DNA of 64,000 nt from an uncultured Ramlibacter sp. (GTDB taxonomy: Bacteria; Pseudomonadota; Gammaproteobacteria; Burkholderiales; Burkholderiaceae_C), in assembly GCA_964652405.1 (NCBI GenBank), contig CAZZAW010000001.1, positions 205-64,204 of the forward strand, given 5' to 3'. Of this stretch, positions 29,590 to 38,768 are shown piece by piece. Under the pieces are notes generated by a model, which had not been told where the DNA came from, did no database searches, and saw only the letters and a program-made list of their open reading frames with translations. The translations under genes and the position numbers were made by a program. Every line of letters begins with the position of its first letter. The stretch's first letter is position 1.

Positions 29590-30150
29590 TCACAACTTGA
29601 CGGAGCTGCAGGACGCGAGCGTGCGCCGCTGCGTCCTTGATAAGCCGACGTTCTTTCCGGCGTGGAAGAAGTACTTCCAGGGAACGGTCAGCTGCGCCAA
29701 GCGGACGCCCCGACGGCAGGTGCGCTTCACCTCCGACAGAGACGCATTCTTTAGCGCGGAGACCAGCCCCGCGCCGATGCCGAAGTCACATTGGCAGCCG
29801 ATTTCGGAGGCCCGAGCCGAGGCCCAGCGGTTCAAGATGATGATCTCGTTCTCGGCGACGATCAGCCTGTCAATGCCGTCCAGCGCGGAGTGCTCGGCGG
29901 CGTCGGTGGACAGGCACTTGAGGAGGACGTCGTCAGGCGAAGCGAGCTTAAACAGCGGAAGGCCAACATCACAGGCCCTCTCCAGCGCTTGCTCGCTAAG
30001 TTCGGCCAGCTGATTGGCAGTGCTTGCATCCATTCCCAGCCGTCCACTGCAGTCGGCTACTGCAGCCGGGTTGGCACGGTTCTGGCGCAGGTGTTCCCAC
30101 CGCGGTATCAGAAGCTTCCGGTTTTCGTCGACGATTTCCCTGTCCAGCAC
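29590..30150 (-). CDS. FlhD-like activator subunit with internal duplication
   Basis: Two FlhD-like repeats: RLGMDASTANQLAELSEQALERACDVGLPLFKL and DFGIGAGLVSALKNASLSEVKRTCRRGVRLAQL. Confidence 0.65.
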   Translation of the reverse strand: MLDREIVDENRKLLIPRWEHLRQNRANPAAVADCSGRLGMDASTANQLAELSEQALERACDVGLPLFKLASPDDVLLKCLSTDAAEHSALDGIDRLIVAENEIIILNRWASARASEIGCQCDFGIGAGLVSALKNASLSEVKRTCRRGVRLAQLTVPWKYFFHAGKNVGLSRTQRRTLASCSSVKL

Positions 30151-30310
30151 AACTGCCCCCTTGCCGATTCTTGAACTTCACGGATTTGGCAAACAGGAAC
30201 CTCAGTTCCCATCAATGAAAGGCAAAGTTACTTAGTTTGCGGAATTCACACAATCATTTTGACCTGACACTTCCTACAGGGTGCTAGGCAAAAATAGAAG
30301 TGAGAGTTCG

Positions 30311-30333
30311 GCGGATAGGTGCGAAACTCGGTT
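30311..30333 (+). promoter_or_regulatory. Candidate operator GCGGA-N9-AACTCGGTT
   Basis: 30310-30333 is 20/24 identical to 43451-43474; lies in the divergent flhD-like/HTH intergenic region. Confidence 0.45.
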
Positions 30334-30394
30334 TCAGAACAGAATCAGGGAGGAAGGCCACCGACCGCTTGGTCGGTTAATAAATCAGAGCTAT

Positions 30395-31033
30395 ATGGCA
30401 GGCACCACCACGACCAACAACAACTTGACGCAGCGCATATCAGCTCGCCTGATTCAGATCCTTGATGATCTGGGCATTCCCCGCGGCCTCCAAGACAGAT
30501 CGCAGTTCCTGGCCGAACGGCTTAAGGTCACTGCGCAGGAAGGCGTGTTCATGCTTTCGGGTAGCGTGGACTGGAGCCTGCAGCAGCTGCATGCTGTGGC
30601 TTGCGAATTCGGCCAACCGATAGGCTACTTTACTGACGATCATCCTGTGCGGCTCCCAAGTGATGTTCGCCTCGCGCCTGGCGCCAATGGGTTCGGTACG
30701 TGGCTCGCCAGATTCCCTGCGGACATGCACAGACTGTTGCCAGAGCCTGGGCAACGGGTGCAGAACGTCCTGCTGCGCCGGCCCGAAGCGGCTGATGACG
30801 AGCGGCCTTGCCTGTACGTGATCGTCGAGGAGGTCTCACTTCATGCCGATCAGCACTATGTGCTGGCTGGAGAAAACGGTTTGGAAGTCATGCTGTGCCG
30901 CGAGATTCGCGACGGCAAAGCCCGCATGCAAGGCTCGTTTGGGTTCGCCGGCACCAGGATCTTCGCCATTGGCCAGGACGGCTCCCCGGACATTCTTGGC
31001 CGCGTCCTGGGGCGCTGGAGCTTCGAGGGCTGA
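30395..31033 (+). CDS. Xre-like HTH transcriptional regulator
   Basis: N-terminal helical domain (LAERLKVT...MLSGSVDWSLQQLHAVA) and C-terminal beta domain; divergent from the flhDC-like pair. Confidence 0.65.
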   Translation: MAGTTTTNNNLTQRISARLIQILDDLGIPRGLQDRSQFLAERLKVTAQEGVFMLSGSVDWSLQQLHAVACEFGQPIGYFTDDHPVRLPSDVRLAPGANGFGTWLARFPADMHRLLPEPGQRVQNVLLRRPEAADDERPCLYVIVEEVSLHADQHYVLAGENGLEVMLCREIRDGKARMQGSFGFAGTRIFAIGQDGSPDILGRVLGRWSFEG

Positions 31034-31041
31034 AAGTAAAA

Positions 31042-31070
31042 CAGGGGGGCCATCGGCCCCCCTGCTTCTT
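31042..31070. terminator. Bidirectional intrinsic terminator
   Basis: CAGGGGGGCC-atc-GGCCCCCCTG between convergent genes, with A/T-rich flanks. Confidence 0.7.
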
Positions 31071-31087
31071 CGTGTCGAGCCACCTGT

Positions 31088-32149
31088 CTAGCAGGCGACG
31101 AGATCTGCCATGTCCGTGCACTCCTTAGCTGGGCGCACGATCAAGGTCTTCAGGCGCTGCTCTTTGCAACGTTGGGCAAGCGCGGCCGCCGCCGCGCTTC
31201 CAGCCCGTTTGCCACCCTTCAGGGCATCCGAGTCGGCATAGATCACGAGCCTCGTCACGCGTCCAACCAGGTGGTTCGGAAGCACGAAATTCTGCATGAT
31301 CTGAGCGGAATGGCATGGCCAAACAGTGCGCCCGTCGAGAATCGAGGCGGCAAGTGCCGTTTCGATCCCCTCTGCTACACCCAGGTCCGAACCCACGGGC
31401 TCGCCAAGGCGCAGTGCGTAGCTGTTGCTGCCGATGCCGATCTCCGTCTTCTTCGGACAGGACACAGGGGCCTTGTTGCCGTCGCGGGTGAGGTAAGTCT
31501 TGTGCAACTGCACGAACTGGCCGTCCGCGTCGAAGCCCCGCACGATCATGGCCGGGAAGGTGCCCACTTTCAGGGGGCCCTCCGCAGGGTTGTCCCCCCG
31601 CTCCCAATAGTCCAGTGCCGGGTGAATGCGGATCTCCTCCGGGATTGATCGCAGGCCGGGCAGTCGGCGACGCAAGTAAAGGTCCACCGGATCACCGTCC
31701 TGCACCTCCCTCGTAGCGTTCCAGATACGTGACATCCTGGCGAGCGCTTGCTCTGGAGAAATGGACCTCTCCCGTGGGGTAGGAGGTAGTGCGGGTCGGA
31801 TGGCCGCGGGTGCACGGGTCCCGTTCAGGCCGAAGTACCCCCTGATGTAATCCGCGAGCTCCCTGAACTGTGTGTACCCCTGCCACTTGAACAAGAAGTC
31901 CTGCGGTGAGGTCGCACGAGGGCTGCAGTGGTTGCACCACCACGTACCCCGCTTCAGGTTGAACCTGAATCTATCCTTGCCTCCGCAGAACGGGCAAGGT
32001 CCGTGGCGTCCGGACAAGTACGCTGTCGCTCCAGCGTAGTGAAGCACGCTGAGCCAGTCGAAATCTGAGCGCTTGACAAGGTTCTCGAACGACGTTTCGT
32101 CCCTCCAGCGGCCGGAGGGGTTCGTATCACTGTTGGTGTTGGTGACCAT
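31088..32149 (-). CDS. Zinc-ribbon/Toprim primase-like protein (no helicase domain)
   Basis: HGPCPFCGGKDRFRF...WWCNHC; LHKTYL; Toprim GVAEGIETAL...YADSD. Confidence 0.85.
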   Translation of the reverse strand: MVTNTNSDTNPSGRWRDETSFENLVKRSDFDWLSVLHYAGATAYLSGRHGPCPFCGGKDRFRFNLKRGTWWCNHCSPRATSPQDFLFKWQGYTQFRELADYIRGYFGLNGTRAPAAIRPALPPTPRERSISPEQALARMSRIWNATREVQDGDPVDLYLRRRLPGLRSIPEEIRIHPALDYWERGDNPAEGPLKVGTFPAMIVRGFDADGQFVQLHKTYLTRDGNKAPVSCPKKTEIGIGSNSYALRLGEPVGSDLGVAEGIETALAASILDGRTVWPCHSAQIMQNFVLPNHLVGRVTRLVIYADSDALKGGKRAGSAAAAALAQRCKEQRLKTLIVRPAKECTDMADLVAC

Positions 32150-32201
32150 ACGGCCCTCCTGTGTTGATGGAAGGGCCGCCCGTCGGGCTGGCCCGACCGG
32201 G
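32150..32201 (-). promoter_or_regulatory. Structured 5' leader, copy D (RBS-sequestering switch)
   Basis: CCC-ggtc-GGG CCAGCCC-gac-GGGC GGCCCTTCC-atcaacaca-GGAGGGCCG-t-ATG. Confidence 0.55.
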
Positions 32202-32368
32202 TGAATGAAGGCTGAATACGCTCAGCTGCGATGAGGCGTCAAGAACGACGCATTCATGGGAAAGATTATGGCTCATTGGGCTGCTGTTAGCCAGTTTTTC
32301 AAGCACTCCCGGGAAGCGCTTGAAAAACTGCCCTCCAGAGGAGGGCAGCACCTGGTGCTCGCGCCCGA

Positions 32369-34171
32369 TCAGGCGGCCAGAGCATCCAGAACTTTGGACT
32401 TGAACACTCGCTCCAGTTGGTGCGGCAGTTCGTCCACCGAGCTCACCGTCACACTGACGGGGAACAGGGCACTTACGTCGACGTTGATGCCGATCGCCAC
32501 CACCACCACGCCATTCGCCGCCGCTTCCGCGACTTTGAGACGAGTCAGTGGCACCTCCACAGGATGAGGTTTGCCGTCCGTGATGATCACCATCACCTTC
32601 TTGTCCGCCCGACAAGCTCGCAAGCTCGCCAGGCGACGAGCCATCGCACTGCCGGTGGGTGTTCCCCCGTCGGCGCGAATGGTCTGCAGTCGCTCCTGCG
32701 CCTCCCGCCAGTTTTGCCGGAAAGCGAGGACCTCGCGGATGACGTCACCGTCTCCAGGGAAGGTGTCCAGTGACACCTGAACACCCGAAATGCGCAGCAG
32801 CGCCACAACGAGGGCCATGGCGGCGTCCACAGCCTGGGGCATGCCGACCGCCTCCATGGACTCTGATGTGTCCAGAAGGATCGAGACTGCAGCGTCGATG
32901 CCGCTCGCCGGAGAGCGCCGGCGAAAGACGCGGGGATCGCCCAGCGTCCTTAGTCGCCAGGCATGCGTGGACGACACCTTCTGGCCGGACATTCCTCTTG
33001 AGAAGGGGCGCCGCCGCCGGTCCTGCAACCCCTGCAGCAAAACCGTCACCAGTCTTGCAGGTACAGGGGCCAGCAGGTTCGGCTCACCGTGTTTGACCTC
33101 CATCGAGAGGCCGCCAGCCGAGCTGTCACCGCTAGGCTTTTTCTCGCCGAGCGCATCCAGCAGCGATGCCGCATTGCAGTTTTCATCCTGCAGCGCGTCC
33201 GCCAATCCTTGAGGCACTTCAGCGGGTTCAACCTCGCTGTCCAAGAACTCTTCAGGCGTTGAGCTCACGTCCTTCGCGCCGTCGTGGCCGTTCAATCTGG
33301 CCAGCGCATCCGACAACGGGTCTGTGCAGGGCGCCTGCGAAGCACCGCCGTCACCGGCGGACCCTTCACCGCCGCTGGGTGACTGATCGTCTGAACGGGA
33401 GCTCGGGCCGGGCTCAGCGCCCCCACTCTGCCCCGCTTGTGGACCGTCGTCGGCCGCGTTCGCGCTTGTGTTGCCTTCGCCCTTGTCTTGGTCACCTGGC
33501 TCCTGCTGGCCCTGCTGCTCGTCACCTTGCGGTGGCGGAGAGGGCGGCTCGTCTTCTGCCGGCTGCAGCATGTCTGCAATCTCGGTTCCGACCTGCAGCG
33601 CTCCAGCCGTGTCCTTGACCCGGTACGCGTTGCGCGCTACGTCGAGGGCTCCAGGCAGGTGCTCAGCGTCCCCCACGGTCTGCGCCACAGTCGCTGCTAG
33701 GCTGGCCATTCGCCTGGACGTTTCGGTCCCAAGCAGGCCATCGTGCGCCGCCGCCCACACCGCGAGCTGGTTCAGGGCCTCGGTAGGCATCTGCTCGGCG
33801 TTGTCTGCGACCATTTCCACGGCCACTTGCATCGCTGCGTCGAAGATGTTCGGCGCCCCCCGGTATTCGCGAGAGAACTCCTTCTTCACCCTCGCTTCCT
33901 CAATCGCAGCTGCGTACGGAAGCACGCGGCCTTGTTCGAGGACCTTGTCGGCCGTGAACTGAACCTTGGCGACCTCCCGAAGGGTGATCGCCAACAGCAG
34001 GTCCATCTCCCGCGGATCCGCACCCTGCGGCTTCGGCAGGAAGACCTTCTGACCTTGGGTGAAGGCCGCAGCGTCACTGCGGTCCATCCACACCACGCGG
34101 CCTGCCTCTCCGAGGCAGAGGGAGACCACCCCCTCAAGCGCTCGGGTCACAAGTTGTGATCTCGAGTCCAT
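32369..34171 (-). CDS. VWA-domain protein (CobT-like partner of MoxR AAA)
   Basis: MIDAS LLDTSESM, GGTPTG, IITDG; N-terminal IEEARV; acidic low-complexity linker. Confidence 0.85.
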   Translation of the reverse strand: MDSRSQLVTRALEGVVSLCLGEAGRVVWMDRSDAAAFTQGQKVFLPKPQGADPREMDLLLAITLREVAKVQFTADKVLEQGRVLPYAAAIEEARVKKEFSREYRGAPNIFDAAMQVAVEMVADNAEQMPTEALNQLAVWAAAHDGLLGTETSRRMASLAATVAQTVGDAEHLPGALDVARNAYRVKDTAGALQVGTEIADMLQPAEDEPPSPPPQGDEQQGQQEPGDQDKGEGNTSANAADDGPQAGQSGGAEPGPSSRSDDQSPSGGEGSAGDGGASQAPCTDPLSDALARLNGHDGAKDVSSTPEEFLDSEVEPAEVPQGLADALQDENCNAASLLDALGEKKPSGDSSAGGLSMEVKHGEPNLLAPVPARLVTVLLQGLQDRRRRPFSRGMSGQKVSSTHAWRLRTLGDPRVFRRRSPASGIDAAVSILLDTSESMEAVGMPQAVDAAMALVVALLRISGVQVSLDTFPGDGDVIREVLAFRQNWREAQERLQTIRADGGTPTGSAMARRLASLRACRADKKVMVIITDGKPHPVEVPLTRLKVAEAAANGVVVVAIGINVDVSALFPVSVTVSSVDELPHQLERVFKSKVLDALAA

Positions 34172-34177
34172 GGCCGA

Positions 34178-35251
34178 CTACAGGAGCAAGGCCAGATCCT
34201 GCGCGGGTGCCGCGGCAGGCGGGACTCGCGGCGCAGGCGCCATGGGTTCAGTGGGTTCCAGCTTGGCCTCAGCCACTGGCTGCTCACCCTGTCCTTTGGC
34301 GGCCGGCTCGGCCGCCAGGCTCACCTGTTGGACCCCGCTTCGCGCGATCAGGTCATCGCCGCTTGCACCTTCAGCGGCCAGAGCCGCCATCTCCAGCGCG
34401 CTCGCCGGCGTTGCCAGCATCCTGGCCAACCCCCAGACTTTGAGCAGGCTCTGGCCGTCGATCCGTTCCGGAGGCAGACTGGACACGATCGAGTTGATCG
34501 CATCCGCCAGAGGCCCGATCGTCGGGTCCAGGAACTGGAAGCTCGCCATCTTGGCTGCAGCGCGCTTGAGCGGGCCCAGGGTCTTGGGCGTCACGTATTC
34601 GCGCTTTTGCACCACACCGCCGTCCTTCTTGGTGGTGAGGTATTCCGTGATCAGGGTGTTGGCCTCGGTGGCCACCTCCTGCATCAGTTCGCCCTTCAGT
34701 CCGTTCACCTGCTTGTCGAAGCGCTCGTTCAAAGCGGGCTGATCCACGGCAGCAGGGGCCGAGATCCGGCAGGGATGGAACTCGAAAGACATGCGGCGCT
34801 CGACGTGCGAGGCCGCAGGAGTGTCGTTGAAGAGATGCCCGTATTCCGGGTTCTCGATCAACTGCTCCATGCGCCATTTGTCCACCGCCGCGTCATAGTT
34901 CTTGACGAACTCCGACTTGAGCGTTTCGAACTCAGCCTGGATGGCGACGAGCTCTTCATGGACCGCCTGGTAGCGCTGGGACGGAATGCCCCATGCACCC
35001 AGGATCGGGAGACCGGAGCGTCGCAGCGCGCGCTCGGCACGGCCCTTGATGCTCTGAAACCGCTTGATGTGATCCGGATCGCAGATCTTGTACGCACCAA
35101 GGGTGGCCAGTTTTTCGCTCGGGAGGTTCTTGAACGCCGGGTTGGCCTGCAGAAGGTCGCCCTTCTCCAGATGCCGCCGGCCGCCCCAGATGTGCACCTC
35201 GAGCTTGACGCAGACAAGGTTGTCCACGTTCTTATCGATGACTTGCGTCAT
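34178..35251 (-). CDS. DUF3150-like protein
   Basis: VHIWGGRRHL...LPSEKLATLGAYKICDP...LGAWGIP pattern; adjacent to the VWA gene as in ICE/plasmid cobS clusters. Confidence 0.75.
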   Translation of the reverse strand: MTQVIDKNVDNLVCVKLEVHIWGGRRHLEKGDLLQANPAFKNLPSEKLATLGAYKICDPDHIKRFQSIKGRAERALRRSGLPILGAWGIPSQRYQAVHEELVAIQAEFETLKSEFVKNYDAAVDKWRMEQLIENPEYGHLFNDTPAASHVERRMSFEFHPCRISAPAAVDQPALNERFDKQVNGLKGELMQEVATEANTLITEYLTTKKDGGVVQKREYVTPKTLGPLKRAAAKMASFQFLDPTIGPLADAINSIVSSLPPERIDGQSLLKVWGLARMLATPASALEMAALAAEGASGDDLIARSGVQQVSLAAEPAAKGQGEQPVAEAKLEPTEPMAPAPRVPPAAAPAQDLALLL

Positions 35252-35307
35252 AAAGTTGCTCCAAAAAAAACGGAGCAAGTCCCCGTGCGGGACTTGCCCC
35301 ACACGGG
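35252..35307 (-). promoter_or_regulatory. Structured 5' leader, copy A (RBS-sequestering switch)
   Basis: CCC-gtgt-GGG GCAAGTCCC-gcacg-GGGACTTGCTCC-gtttttttt-GGAGCAA-cttt-ATG. Confidence 0.65.
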
Positions 35308-35479
35308 AATCGATCGATTTGGCTATGTTTCCCCTTGCGGGCAGGTACCTCAGCTGACCTGGTGGCGGAGCCACAGAAAACGCTTTCCCGGTTCACTCCA
35401 ACCGGGGAAGCGCTCTCGCGCTTCTGAGCGGGCGGCGAAAGGCAGGTTACCCTGCCCTCCGCGCCTACTCACGGTGTCC

Positions 35480-38371
35480 TCACCCGCATTCGCCGGTGAA
35501 TCCACACTCGTCGCAGTGCTTGCACCCGTCACGCTTGTGCAAGCTCATGGTGTGGCACTGCGGGCATTGCAGCCCCGTCTCCACACGCTGTACGGCCTCG
35601 AGCTGCAGCTGCGGCTCGTCACGTCTCAAGTCATCACCGCTCAGCCCGTGCTGCTGGTAGCGATGCAACAGCAACGCCGCGATGTAGGCGACCGTCGACG
35701 GGTAGGAGGCCTGCCGCTGCTCTCCAGGTACCTGCGCGAGGAAATCCCCGCGCTGTTCGCCAAAGTCCAGCAGCTTGCGCAGCTTCATCACCACCCACGC
35801 GGGGTTGCTCACCCGCATGTCGATCGACAGCAGTTTGGTCAGCCCGTCCAGCACCCGGGGGTACTTTCCAGACAGCCATACGCTGTAGGGACGGATCGAG
35901 CCGTTCTCCAGCGTCGCTTCCTTGACCATGAGGACAAAGTCGTCACCCGTCGCGTTGTTGCGCACGTCAGCGTACCAGCCTTGGCTCCCGAGCGGCCCCG
36001 TCTTAGGCTCCTTCCGCGAGAACAGGGCGTCCATCATGAAGGAGTGGGGCCGTTGCTCCAGCGCACCCAGCGTCTGCAAGCGATGCGTAACCAGCCTGCT
36101 GAAACCAGATACCAGGCTCGGCACCCGCACCAGCTTTCCAGTACCCGGATCGAACATCTCGAAGGCGTCGTCTGCCGTGGTCCGTGAAAGCGAGTCCAGC
36201 TTGAACTGCAGCCAGTTCGGGTCGCCCGTCCGCATGTCAACGGACAGGAGTTTGGCGATGGCCGATAGCCCGCGCGGTTGCTCGTTGCCTGCCACGTAGA
36301 CCTCGATGGGGTGGGCGTGCCCGTTCTGAACATGCCCCACCACGACGGCGAAATCCCCTTGCGGGTGTCGCGCCGAGTACGTGATCGACTCGATCCCGTG
36401 GGGCGTCACAGGCCGGCTCGGCCAACGCAGCGCCGCAGTGACGTTGCTCACGTCCTTGATCGCAATTCGCCGCTCGGGGTCGGACTGGTCCACCTCGGAC
36501 GTCTCGTTGCTCGCGTCAGACAGCACCGCTCCCACCATCTCATTCGGGCGGTACGTCGTGATCCCTTTGAGGCCGGCTCGCCATGCCCGCCTATAGACCT
36601 CGACGAAGCTTTCGAACGGGTAGTCCGCCGGCACGTTGACCGTCTTGCTGATTGCGCTGTCCACCAGCGGTGCCGCGGCCTCGAGGACATCGAGGTGCTG
36701 CTCGACCGTCAGGTCCAGCGCAGACACGAACACGTCGCTGTCAGCGTCGGGGCCGTTCAGCAGTTGGTACTGCCGGAAGGCGCCGTTCAGCAGGTAGAAC
36801 TCCTCGCGGGCTCCGCTTGCCATGATCTTCACTCGCCGCTGGCGCTTGCTGAACATCGGCTCGATGCCGCTGCTCGCGTTGTCGCCAAAGGCCATCGAAA
36901 TCGTACCCGTGGGCGCGATCGACAGGAGGTGCGAGTTGCGGATGCCGTGCTCGCGGATGGCTGCCTTGATGTGCTCAGGCAGGCGGGACGCGAACGTCCC
37001 CTCGCGGAGGTACTTGTCTGCGTCAAAGAGCGGGAATGAACCCAGCTTTTTCGCCAGCTCCACGGACGACAGGTAAGCTGCGTCACGCATGGCCACGCCG
37101 ACAGTTCGCGTGAAATCCACAGCGGCCTTCGAGTCGTAGCGTATGCCCAGCATCGCCATTGCGTCTGCCAAGCCAAGATAGCCCAGGCCGATGCGGCGTT
37201 TTGCCATGGCTTCCGCAGCTTGCTCGCCGAGAGGCCATTTCGTCACGTCCAGGACGCGATCGAGGAACTCGACTCCTACAGCCACATCGCGCTTGAAGCG
37301 GGCATAGTCGAAAAACGCCTCCTTGGTGAAGGGATGCACCACGTAGCGCTGCAACATCGGACTGCCGAGGTCGCAGCACCCATAGGGCGGCAGGAACTGC
37401 TCTCCACAGGGGTTGCAAGCGTCGATCCGCTCGCAGTACCACAGGTTGTTGTCTGCGTTGACCCGGTCAATGAAGACCACGCCCGGCTCGGCCGCCTCGT
37501 AGGTGTTCCGCATGATCCGGCTCCAAATGTCCCGGGCCCGCACTGTGCGGTACACCCAGAGCAACTTGTCGCCAACCTGCTTCTGCCGCTTCTCGCCCGC
37601 CGCCGGCTGCGCCGCGTGCACCAGGTCGAACTCACCATCGTCCATGACGGCTCGCATAAACTCGTCGGTGACGGCGACCGAAATGTTGAAGTTGCTGAGC
37701 GTCGCGAAGGCCTTTCGCATGGACCAGCCGAAGCTGGGGTGCTCACGCATGCTCTTCATCAGAGCTGCAACCTCTTTGCCTGACAGGCCCATGGCCGCGA
37801 AGTCAGGCGTCTTTTTCGCATCGATGAACTGCTCGATGTCAGGATGATCGACGCGCAGGATGCCCATCTGGGCGCCGCGCCTTGCACCGGCAGACTCGAC
37901 CGTCTCGCACATACGGTCAAAGACACGCATGTAGCTCACGGGACCACTGGCCCGCGAGTTGGTGCCCTTGACCAGAGCTCCGAACGGGCGGATCGGCGAA
38001 AAGTCGTAGCCGACCCCGCCGCCGCGCCGCATGGTCTCGGCAGCTTGCTTGAGCGCGTCCATGATGCCGACGACACCGTTCTCGTCTTTGCCGGACATGG
38101 TGTCGCCGATCGGCTGCACGAAGCAGTTAATCATGGTCGTGTCCAGGCCCGCTCCTGCGGCCCGGTTAATGCGCCCGCCAGGGGCAAAGCCGCTGCGCAG
38201 TGCGTCGAGAAAACGAGCGCTTTGCTCGTCATCCGCGCCGATGCGTGCGACGCGTTGTCGGATGTGATCGGCAGTCGTCTCACCTGCTTCGGCGGCGTAC
38301 TTTTCGATCATCGTTTCCACGCAAAAGGCCTGGGGTTCCACGCCCAGGTGCGCTTCAGATTCACGTTTCAT
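35480..38371 (-). CDS. nrdJ: Adenosylcobalamin-dependent (class II) ribonucleotide reductase
   Basis: TMINCFVQP, GGGVGYDFS, RRGAQM, NPCGEQ, CCDLGS, IAPTGTIS, SKTVN, KGITTYR; C-terminal DGCKHCDECG. Confidence 0.95.
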   Translation of the reverse strand: MKRESEAHLGVEPQAFCVETMIEKYAAEAGETTADHIRQRVARIGADDEQSARFLDALRSGFAPGGRINRAAGAGLDTTMINCFVQPIGDTMSGKDENGVVGIMDALKQAAETMRRGGGVGYDFSPIRPFGALVKGTNSRASGPVSYMRVFDRMCETVESAGARRGAQMGILRVDHPDIEQFIDAKKTPDFAAMGLSGKEVAALMKSMREHPSFGWSMRKAFATLSNFNISVAVTDEFMRAVMDDGEFDLVHAAQPAAGEKRQKQVGDKLLWVYRTVRARDIWSRIMRNTYEAAEPGVVFIDRVNADNNLWYCERIDACNPCGEQFLPPYGCCDLGSPMLQRYVVHPFTKEAFFDYARFKRDVAVGVEFLDRVLDVTKWPLGEQAAEAMAKRRIGLGYLGLADAMAMLGIRYDSKAAVDFTRTVGVAMRDAAYLSSVELAKKLGSFPLFDADKYLREGTFASRLPEHIKAAIREHGIRNSHLLSIAPTGTISMAFGDNASSGIEPMFSKRQRRVKIMASGAREEFYLLNGAFRQYQLLNGPDADSDVFVSALDLTVEQHLDVLEAAAPLVDSAISKTVNVPADYPFESFVEVYRRAWRAGLKGITTYRPNEMVGAVLSDASNETSEVDQSDPERRIAIKDVSNVTAALRWPSRPVTPHGIESITYSARHPQGDFAVVVGHVQNGHAHPIEVYVAGNEQPRGLSAIAKLLSVDMRTGDPNWLQFKLDSLSRTTADDAFEMFDPGTGKLVRVPSLVSGFSRLVTHRLQTLGALEQRPHSFMMDALFSRKEPKTGPLGSQGWYADVRNNATGDDFVLMVKEATLENGSIRPYSVWLSGKYPRVLDGLTKLLSIDMRVSNPAWVVMKLRKLLDFGEQRGDFLAQVPGEQRQASYPSTVAYIAALLLHRYQQHGLSGDDLRRDEPQLQLEAVQRVETGLQCPQCHTMSLHKRDGCKHCDECGFTGECG

Positions 38372-38470
38372 ATTGGACTCTCCAGTTGAAGGAAAAACGG
38401 ATCGCCAAAGCAGATCCGCAACTGGGCACCCACACGGGGGATGCACAGTTGCTGATCCCTTTTCGGTGGG
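38372..38470 (-). promoter_or_regulatory. Structured 5' leader, copy E (extended variant)
   Basis: GGGATCAGCAACTG...CCAGTTGCGGATCT hairpin whose 3' arm CCAGTTG can instead pair with CAACTGG overlapping the GGAG SD of nrdJ. Confidence 0.45.
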
Positions 38471-38733
38471 CGGTCGCTTGACGGGCCCTGGTGCGAGACC
38501 AGGACAATGGGCTGAGGCTGAATTCAGGGCTTTGTGAGCCCTCCGGGTATCAGCTACGGGTCGCGCCGAGGCGCAAAAAAGCCACTTTGAGTTTCTGGCG
38601 GGGATGCCAGAAATCGAAAGTGGCTACATGAGGCTGTTGAAGCGCACAGCTGCGCGGGCTCTGTAAGAGCTTTGGGAAAGGCTCGCCGGAGGCCTTCCCA
38701 AAGCACTATGGCCGCAGTATAGAGAAGAAATGA

Positions 38734-38763
38734 AAGCGGGGGAAGCCTTTCGGCCCCCCGCTT
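38734..38763 (-). terminator. Intrinsic terminator after ssb
   Basis: Minus strand AAGCGGGGGGCC-gaaa-GGCTTCCCCCGCTT followed by a T-rich tract. Confidence 0.6.
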
Positions 38764-38768
38764 CCCGT

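Noticed and set aside
28914-30150. Chromosomal flagellar flhDC
   Set aside because: No flagellar genes nearby, highly divergent sequences, and a tra-linked position like SetCD/AcaCD.
34328-36187. 619-aa + strand ORF (also 50849-52297, 1746-2699, 4669-5727 and similar)
   Set aside because: Antisense shadows of well-supported minus-strand genes in GC-rich DNA, with no recognisable motifs.
37700-37830. Intein in NrdJ
   Set aside because: The insertion is only a few dozen residues, with no C/S...HN splice motifs or homing endonuclease.
38372-38768. Cobalamin riboswitch upstream of nrdJ
   Set aside because: I could not find the B12-box consensus elements in the expected order on the coding strand.
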